Shown piece after piece: positions 57,956 to 64,000 of a stretch of DNA of 64,000 nucleotides. Position 1 is the first letter of the stretch. The number at the start of each line of letters is the position of its first letter. Made by a program: the position numbers and the translations under genes. Below the pieces are notes generated by a model that was given only the letters and a program-made list of their open reading frames with translations, had not been told where the DNA came from and made no database searches. This DNA is from an uncultured Granulosicoccaceae bacterium (GTDB lineage: Bacteria > Pseudomonadota > Gammaproteobacteria > Granulosicoccales > Granulosicoccaceae): assembly GCA_937957915.1 (NCBI GenBank), contig CALGNZ010000019.1, forward strand, positions 5,262 through 69,261. The letters are read 5' to 3'.

Positions 57956-60268
57956 CTAGGCTGCCAGCGAGAAATCTTCTCGCGATCGAGTTAGATTGCG
58001 GTTATAGGCGGGGTCACTCATTAAAGACTTACCCCACTTTTTTTGCATGAATCGAGCTTCACTGGTAAACCGTCGTTGCTTTTCACTCGTATCTTCCTGC
58101 CCGCGACTGAGAGATTCATGATGATACAAAACAGCATAGGGCGTCCACAGGTTCCGATAGCCCAACGCCCTGACTGCAAGACAGAAGTCAACATCATTAA
58201 AGGCGACCTTCAAATCGGTCTCGTTGAGTCCACCCACTGACTCATAGATACGCCGTTCAACCGTGAGACACGCCGCAGTCACAGCTGACATATTTTGCGT
58301 CAGATGCAGCCTTGAAAAATAGCCCGCCGATTCGGCATCAAAATATTTGTGCGCATGGCCTGCAACACCACCAATGCCAAGAATCACGCCAGCGTGTTGT
58401 ACCATGTTATTTTTATAAAGCAATTTTGCACCGACACACCCGATAGACGGGCGAATCGCATGTGTCACCATTTCAGTCAGCCAATCCGGTGAAATCACCT
58501 CTATATCATTGTTCATCAGCGTCAACACACTGCCGCGCGCTTCACCAACAGCAAAGTTGTTGATCGCTGAATAATTAAAATCACCGTTGTAACGAACCAC
58601 TCTGACACCACTCAGAAGCTCGACACCCTTAAGATAATCATGGGTTTCCTGCTCCTCAGAACGATTATCGACAACAATTATTTCATAGTTAGGATAGTTC
58701 GTAAGATTCCTGACACTGTCTATACATTGAGACAATATATCGACCCTGTCCCGCGTCGGAATAATTATCGAAACCAGAGGCGCATCCTTTGGCAACTCCC
58801 TTAGTATCCGATACGTATTAGGATACTTCCCCGCTACTACTTCCGCCCGCTCACCGTTGGTACCAAGAAAGTCCGCTACCGCACGGACGCCACTGTCAGA
58901 CGTATAACCCTTGGCACTGGCATTCGATGCCGTAGATTCAGCAGTCATTCTCCAGTGATAGAGAATCTGTGAAATATGGTGAACCTCGTGATGCTCCAGC
59001 GTGCGAGTCACACGCAGCAACAGATCATGATCTTGCGCGCCATCGTATCCCGATCGACACCAGCCGCTTAGAGCAAGCACGTCTCTGCGGATTGCGGTCA
59101 GGTGGCAAATGTAGTTCTGAGCCAGCAATAAATCGGGGTTCCAGTCCGGCTTGAAGTGGGGTTCCGTACGATCGCCACTCTCGTTGATTTTGTCTTCATC
59201 TGAATAGATCAGCTTTACTTCCGGACGCGTTACTGCAACAGACGCTACTTCGTGCAGCGCATGTGGTGCGAGCAAATCGTCATGATCGAGAAATGCACAA
59301 TAGTCGCCAGTCGCCAGCTCCAGCGCGGCATTGGTATTTTCGGATATTCCAACCCGGTCAGACTGGAAAACAAATCGAACCCGAGGATCTTCCTTTGCAT
59401 TTCTTTTAATCACTTCCAGCGTAGCAGCCTGACGGGACGCATCGTCAGAAATGCACAGCTCCCAGTTGTCGTACAGTTGGGATCTGACAGAATCGATTGT
59501 CTGTTGAAGCAGTTCCGGGTCAGTTTCGCATGTCGGTACGATGACCGAGATCAACGGCTTGTCTGCACTTTCGTTGACTTTCTCTACTTCAGGCGACGCG
59601 GGCAGATTACTGGACTCTACTGTTTCTATCCAGTCTTTGTATCTATGACTCTCCATTGGTGCAACAAACAGAGCACCATAGTGCTTCAGTAGTACATTTT
59701 CGTAACTGACTCTGTCTTCGATCGCGGTCTGCTGCAGAATTTTCCGAGCACTATTTACATCGGTATCCAGACAAGACGCACTCCATCTGGTCAATCGCAG
59801 AATCATCCTGCTCTCGGCATACTGAAAAGTCACTGGTGTAATATTGAATTTTTTGACTTTGAATTCGCCCGCAACACTTTGCGGATCAAATCGCATTTTG
59901 TGCATCTTTCGCGAAAATTTAACAAAACGCTTCGCCACAATCCCTGACCGATAAGGAATTGAAACAGCAAGATTCTCTGAATACCCGGAACCATCACTAT
60001 CAATGTAAATTTTCGCGACATCAAACGCACCACTGCACTCAATCTCTAGAGAAATGAGATACCAGCCAGTGTGGAGATCAAGCAAGGGAAACTTACATAC
60101 AAACTGAGGATCTGACCCGGAGGAAGTCCAGCTACCTGTGCGGGCTGTTCGTTTTTCCTCGATATCATTAGCAGGCTTGAGAACCGGCTTTAGCCTCGGC
60201 GTCAACCTGCTAAAGGGTTCAAGTACGCGCTTAATTGTAATTTTTTTTGACGTATCTCGGCTCATCAT
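57956..60268 (-). CDS. dual-domain family 2 glycosyltransferase with unassigned N-terminal domain
   Basis: Two GT2 cores are present: ISVIVPTCETDPELLQQTIDSVRSQ...ISDDAS...LDHDD, and VSIIIPTRDRVDILSQCIDSV...VDNRSEE...NNDIE. Confidence 0.85.
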   Translation of the reverse strand: MMSRDTSKKITIKRVLEPFSRLTPRLKPVLKPANDIEEKRTARTGSWTSSGSDPQFVCKFPLLDLHTGWYLISLEIECSGAFDVAKIYIDSDGSGYSENLAVSIPYRSGIVAKRFVKFSRKMHKMRFDPQSVAGEFKVKKFNITPVTFQYAESRMILRLTRWSASCLDTDVNSARKILQQTAIEDRVSYENVLLKHYGALFVAPMESHRYKDWIETVESSNLPASPEVEKVNESADKPLISVIVPTCETDPELLQQTIDSVRSQLYDNWELCISDDASRQAATLEVIKRNAKEDPRVRFVFQSDRVGISENTNAALELATGDYCAFLDHDDLLAPHALHEVASVAVTRPEVKLIYSDEDKINESGDRTEPHFKPDWNPDLLLAQNYICHLTAIRRDVLALSGWCRSGYDGAQDHDLLLRVTRTLEHHEVHHISQILYHWRMTAESTASNASAKGYTSDSGVRAVADFLGTNGERAEVVAGKYPNTYRILRELPKDAPLVSIIIPTRDRVDILSQCIDSVRNLTNYPNYEIIVVDNRSEEQETHDYLKGVELLSGVRVVRYNGDFNYSAINNFAVGEARGSVLTLMNNDIEVISPDWLTEMVTHAIRPSIGCVGAKLLYKNNMVQHAGVILGIGGVAGHAHKYFDAESAGYFSRLHLTQNMSAVTAACLTVERRIYESVGGLNETDLKVAFNDVDFCLAVRALGYRNLWTPYAVLYHHESLSRGQEDTSEKQRRFTSEARFMQKKWGKSLMSDPAYNRNLTRSREDFSLAA

Positions 60269-60542
60269 CCGGCCTATCTGTTGGCACTGACAGCGTTCTT
60301 TCCCGACACCCGATATCCCCGCGTGGAAACTCAGGTCTGGAGTCCTGCTGCCCTCGGGCTTGAACCCGATTTATTATTGTTAATCCCTGGTATTGCCGCT
60401 ATCCATGCGCGCTCATCACGCCACAGTAACGTCGCAATCTCCTTGCCGAGCAGACACGATGCAGTCCACAGAGACACACATCGTTAGTAAATTGATCGAA
60501 GAGTGCGGATCAGGCCAGATAGACGGAGTATCCGGCCAGGAC

Positions 60543-62300
60543 TTATATTGATAGTGCGACGGAAGTCGCAACAGCGATTTTGTAAAGAATATCGGTAATG
60601 CTGGCTGCTAATTGCAGGTTCTTTGTCGGCGCTTTTGGTAATACCAGCAGCTCATCTCCGGCATCAACACTGGTACTGCCGGCATCCAAGATTCGACCGT
60701 CCTGTTTTACAACCAGCACTGACTTTTTATTGGCGTTATTGGAGTAGCCTCCGGCCATCGCAATATACTCGGACGCATTCAACCGACGTTCCCACAGAAA
60801 CGCACGCGGCAATCTGACTTCACCGGTTACCAACACACTCGGCGACTTCCTTGGAATATAGATCGTGTCATCGTTTTCCAGGATAATATCGGCAACCTCA
60901 CCAGCCGATGCCACTACCAGCGTGCCATTGGGCTCTATGCGACTCACCTTGCGCACGAAGTCGGAAATCAGCTTTGCTTCCTGGGCTCTAATTTTGGATT
61001 CATTATCTGTTGCAGAAGATGCAGTCAGATACTCGGCTTCGAGTCGCTGGAGGCTCTCCTCAATTGAACGCTTCTGGCGCTCTGCAACACTTTTCCGCTT
61101 GATATATATCCGACGGAAGGCACTGAGCTCCGGGTCGACCTCTACCAGATCCAGCACCTCTCGCAGGGTCGCATGCTGCGCAACCGTCAATGCAGATGCA
61201 CCTCTGTGTGCGCCGTCAATATTAACGGTAATATTTCTTTCAACCAGATCAGACCGGAAAGCTGCGATATCGCCATTGCCTAGTGTGATATCAGCAAAAG
61301 CTTCAAGAGGGACATACTCAGAGCGGGTTTCGCCATTTTCGATTCTACTGATAGCAACATGCGTAGCACCCGGCTTCGGGGTTGCCAACGCCACGATTTG
61401 AGAGCCGCTAATTTTCTGATCTGAAAACTCAAAGCGAAATGGCTTGGCAACTTCACCCTGAACAATGACAGTATTCAACAACGGCTTTACAATAATTGCA
61501 TCGCCTTCTTTCAAACTTAGCCCCGGCAGCTTGCCGTACTGAATAAAATCATAGAGATCAACCGTGGCAATTGTCTTACCACTGCGCACAACCTCAATGT
61601 CGCGAAAACTACCACTCGACGGGTTGATACCACCCGCCCTGTCTACAAAATTCAACAATGACCCATTAGACAAGCCACTAAACTTTCCGGGCTTGCTAAC
61701 AAAACCCGTAACATAAACGCTAATCATTTGCGCCGTCAGCAGATTGGTATAAACCTCCACATCATTGGTATAGACACGCGATACCGCCTTTTTTACTTTC
61801 GAGTTGATGTATTTGTTGGCCACTCCGCCAAGCTTGACCGGCCCTACCTCCGGAATAAAAATATTGCCCTGACCGTCTACCGTTTGCACAGCGTCAAATG
61901 AAGCAGCGCCCCAAATTCGTACAGCAACGCGGTCGCCTGCATCAACGATATAATCTGCATTCAGACCACTGGATTCATCGGTACCAAACCCACCGCTAAA
62001 CAAAGAATGACCAAACGGCTGAGCTTTGCGTCTTATCGTATCAAGCTGACTCGGCTGTTGCTGCTCCAGAACCTCACTATGCGTTGACGGCTGTGCTGAA
62101 TCGGGCTCCGCGACCATTTGAGCCCACGCCGAACCTGCACCGACTGCTATCGATGTAGCAATGACGCAGGCAGAAGCTGCAAGCCGGAAGATCAGACACG
62201 GGTAGCTGCTAACATTGAAAAAGGCATTACGTGGCAAAATCAATATGCTCCCGAATTGTGGCTCTGCACAATGCAAAAATCGTGTAGAAGAGCATGGCAA
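60543..62300 (-). CDS. kpsD: capsule polysaccharide export protein KpsD (Poly_export/SLBB periplasmic protein)
   Basis: LFSGGF...YIVDAGDRVAVRIWGA followed by repeated SLBB-like segments. The signal peptide ends GAGSAWA. The true start is probably the TTG near 62243. Confidence 0.8.
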   Translation of the reverse strand: MPCSSTRFLHCAEPQFGSILILPRNAFFNVSSYPCLIFRLAASACVIATSIAVGAGSAWAQMVAEPDSAQPSTHSEVLEQQQPSQLDTIRRKAQPFGHSLFSGGFGTDESSGLNADYIVDAGDRVAVRIWGAASFDAVQTVDGQGNIFIPEVGPVKLGGVANKYINSKVKKAVSRVYTNDVEVYTNLLTAQMISVYVTGFVSKPGKFSGLSNGSLLNFVDRAGGINPSSGSFRDIEVVRSGKTIATVDLYDFIQYGKLPGLSLKEGDAIIVKPLLNTVIVQGEVAKPFRFEFSDQKISGSQIVALATPKPGATHVAISRIENGETRSEYVPLEAFADITLGNGDIAAFRSDLVERNITVNIDGAHRGASALTVAQHATLREVLDLVEVDPELSAFRRIYIKRKSVAERQKRSIEESLQRLEAEYLTASSATDNESKIRAQEAKLISDFVRKVSRIEPNGTLVVASAGEVADIILENDDTIYIPRKSPSVLVTGEVRLPRAFLWERRLNASEYIAMAGGYSNNANKKSVLVVKQDGRILDAGSTSVDAGDELLVLPKAPTKNLQLAASITDILYKIAVATSVALSI

Positions 62301-63315
62301 ACAAAATGGCGCTGATAGCGTCGACTATTCTGTCAGGCTCGGTTGAGGCGTCTGGCAAATTTGGAGTAACAAAAGTAGCCAGATAACGTTTCTGCTGACG
62401 TGTCTCGGCTCGCGCTGTTTCCAGCGCCATCAACGCAGCTGCATATCGTTGGCGAGCCAGTTCTTCTTCCACCATCAGTGGTTTATACCGACCCAACAGT
62501 TGACCAACTCCTTCACCTCGATCATCAGAGAGCCTGGCTCGCTCACGAGTGACTTCAGTTTCCAGACCGGCGATTCGATTTTGCAGACCTCTAATTTCCG
62601 CCGAAGACTGTCGCAAATAGGCTGACTTTTCAGCGTATACCGCTCGGGCCTCGGCAAGTTTTCCTTCAAGTGCTGATATCACGCCAAAGATAGAGCTGGT
62701 TTCAACTTCGGGATTTAGTGAATGATTATCCACCGCGAATCGTGACATGCGCTCACTCACATCAGTCGCATTGTTCAACGCCAACTGCACTTCCGCCTGT
62801 GCAGCGCCGATTGCGTCCGTAGCGATACGGTCTGAGAGAGCATTTATCAATAATTCACTCTTATTAATGATTTCTCTGTTTATGGCGCGAGCCATTTCCG
62901 GCGTGTAAGCCTGCACCGTGATTGATATGATCTCAGTCGTCTCTTCATAGACGACACCTATTTTCCCCGACAGGTATTCGACGAATCCTTCAGCACTTAT
63001 TAACGGATCAAGCCGTGACAAAAAATCGACCTGTTTAGACGAGTAATGCTCTCGCAGGGAAAATTTTTCCTCGAGGTGCTGCGCCATCTCCATAGAGGCA
63101 ATGTAGTCAGAAACAACCACGACATCCTGGACACTTGAACCGCCAAGCGGAATTAAACCACCGAAGGAAATTGTCTGAGCGGACGAGTTGCCACTTCTGA
63201 TGACCACACTTGATTCCGAAACAAACCGATCTGTGGCGATCAATCCAAAATAGGTAAAAGCAACAATAACCGGAATCGCCAACGAGAACGCGACACGCAA
63301 AGCAACCGGGTTCAT
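62227..63315 (-). CDS. kpsE: capsule polysaccharide export inner-membrane protein KpsE
   Basis: PCP-3-like architecture: N-terminal TM, a long coiled-coil periplasmic region, and a C-terminal hydrophobic segment. The ATG overlaps the kpsT stop (ATGA). Confidence 0.8.
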   Translation of the reverse strand: MNPVALRVAFSLAIPVIVAFTYFGLIATDRFVSESSVVIRSGNSSAQTISFGGLIPLGGSSVQDVVVVSDYIASMEMAQHLEEKFSLREHYSSKQVDFLSRLDPLISAEGFVEYLSGKIGVVYEETTEIISITVQAYTPEMARAINREIINKSELLINALSDRIATDAIGAAQAEVQLALNNATDVSERMSRFAVDNHSLNPEVETSSIFGVISALEGKLAEARAVYAEKSAYLRQSSAEIRGLQNRIAGLETEVTRERARLSDDRGEGVGQLLGRYKPLMVEEELARQRYAAALMALETARAETRQQKRYLATFVTPNLPDASTEPDRIVDAISAILFAMLFYTIFALCRATIREHIDFAT

Positions 63316-63980
63316 GCGGCAGCGCTCCCAAGTAACACACGTCGATACAAAAGGAATGCATCATCGATGTCGTCGAAGTAGTGCAGCTTGCCACCCGTCA
63401 GTACAGCGGCACAGTCACAATTTCTGCGAATCGTTTGTTCGTTGTGGGATACGAGTATCACGGAAGAAGTTTGTCGTCTCTCTTTAAATATTTGTCTGAA
63501 TTTCTCTCTCAATCTCGCATCGCCAGTTTCCAGTGCCTCGTCGATCAGATAGTAGTCAAAATCCAGTGCGTAGCTGACCGCCATGGCAAAACGCGCCCGC
63601 ATTCCAGCCGAGTACGATCCCAGTGGCCGATCAAAATAGTGTCCCAGCTCCGAGAACTCGATTGCCTTGCTTTCAACGCTGCGGAAGTCTGCGCCGTAAA
63701 TGCGAGCGACGAACCTTGCATTTTCCCTGCCTGTCATGGTTCTCTGAAATCCACCGGCAAAGCCCATCGGCCAGGACAGCCGACTGGTGCGGACAACCCG
63801 CCCGGTGTCCGGTTTTTCAGCACCGCCGATGATGCGTATCAGCGTACTTTTACCCGCACCGTTAGCGCCCAGTATTCCAACACTCTTGAGATACGGAAAG
63901 CTGAATGAGATATCATCGAGCACACGGTGTTGCTGTGCTCCCACACCGTAGGTTTTGGATACATGCTGCAATGAAATCAA
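63312..63980 (-). CDS. kpsT: capsule polysaccharide ABC transporter ATP-binding protein KpsT
   Basis: Walker A GANGAGKST, signature YSAGMRARF, Walker B YLIDEAL, about 220 aa. The start is TTG. Confidence 0.88.
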   Translation of the reverse strand: MISLQHVSKTYGVGAQQHRVLDDISFSFPYLKSVGILGANGAGKSTLIRIIGGAEKPDTGRVVRTSRLSWPMGFAGGFQRTMTGRENARFVARIYGADFRSVESKAIEFSELGHYFDRPLGSYSAGMRARFAMAVSYALDFDYYLIDEALETGDARLREKFRQIFKERRQTSSVILVSHNEQTIRRNCDCAAVLTGGKLHYFDDIDDAFLLYRRVLLGSAAA

Positions 63981-64000
63981 AGCGAGCCCCGACCGGTATT
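63977..64000 (-). CDS. kpsM: 3' end of probable ABC-2 permease KpsM (truncated by window edge)
   Basis: An open frame ends in a TGA that overlaps the kpsT TTG start. The identity is inferred only from the canonical kpsM-kpsT order. Confidence 0.3.
   Translation of the reverse strand, partial: NTGRGSL

Overview
The window looks like gammaproteobacterial chromosome, probably a marine Cellvibrionales/Oceanospirillales-like organism. That guess rests on Pseudomonas-type core synteny plus a secreted protein with a CBM-like domain and PEPQ linkers.

From about 0.3 to 43.2 kb the content is ordinary core genome:
- trxA and rhlB, a pcm-like gene with tolC, ilvE-glnE, and trkH-trkA.
- An NtrY/NtrX-like two-component pair with a DUF4390 gene, inserted between trkA and rsmB-fmt-def.
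- The divergent LysM(tsaP-like)-dprA-tsaC-hemF block, a MoxR/VWA pair, rpsI-rplM, osmC/vfr(crp), trpCD, trpG-trpE, and a class I fumarase.

The right third is accessory.
- 43.6-47.8 kb holds a compact plus-strand island. It encodes a MotA/ExbB-like channel protein with a long coiled-coil tail, a MotB/OmpA-like partner, a Cys/His-rich protein with an HNH-like signature, and a GspE/PilB-fold protein that has lost every ATPase motif. The first three genes are translationally coupled and resemble a type II Zorya anti-phage system. The fourth gene is not part of any Zorya layout I know, so I rank this island as the most interesting candidate.
- 48.0-64.0 kb, all on the minus strand, is a group-2-like (kpsMTED ... 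kpsCS) capsule locus. Its variable region encodes a sulfotransferase, a dual-domain GT2, a sialyltransferase-fold GT and other GTs, plus an embedded MFS transporter.

Two other observations stand out. A roughly 45-nt conserved intergenic core occurs three times (4.9, 31.5 and 53.5 kb). Perfect 12-16 nt tandem duplications are also unusually frequent in intergenic DNA. I found no rRNA, tRNA, CRISPR array, transposase or integrase. All calls come from reading the sequence and the ORF translations, with no database searches.
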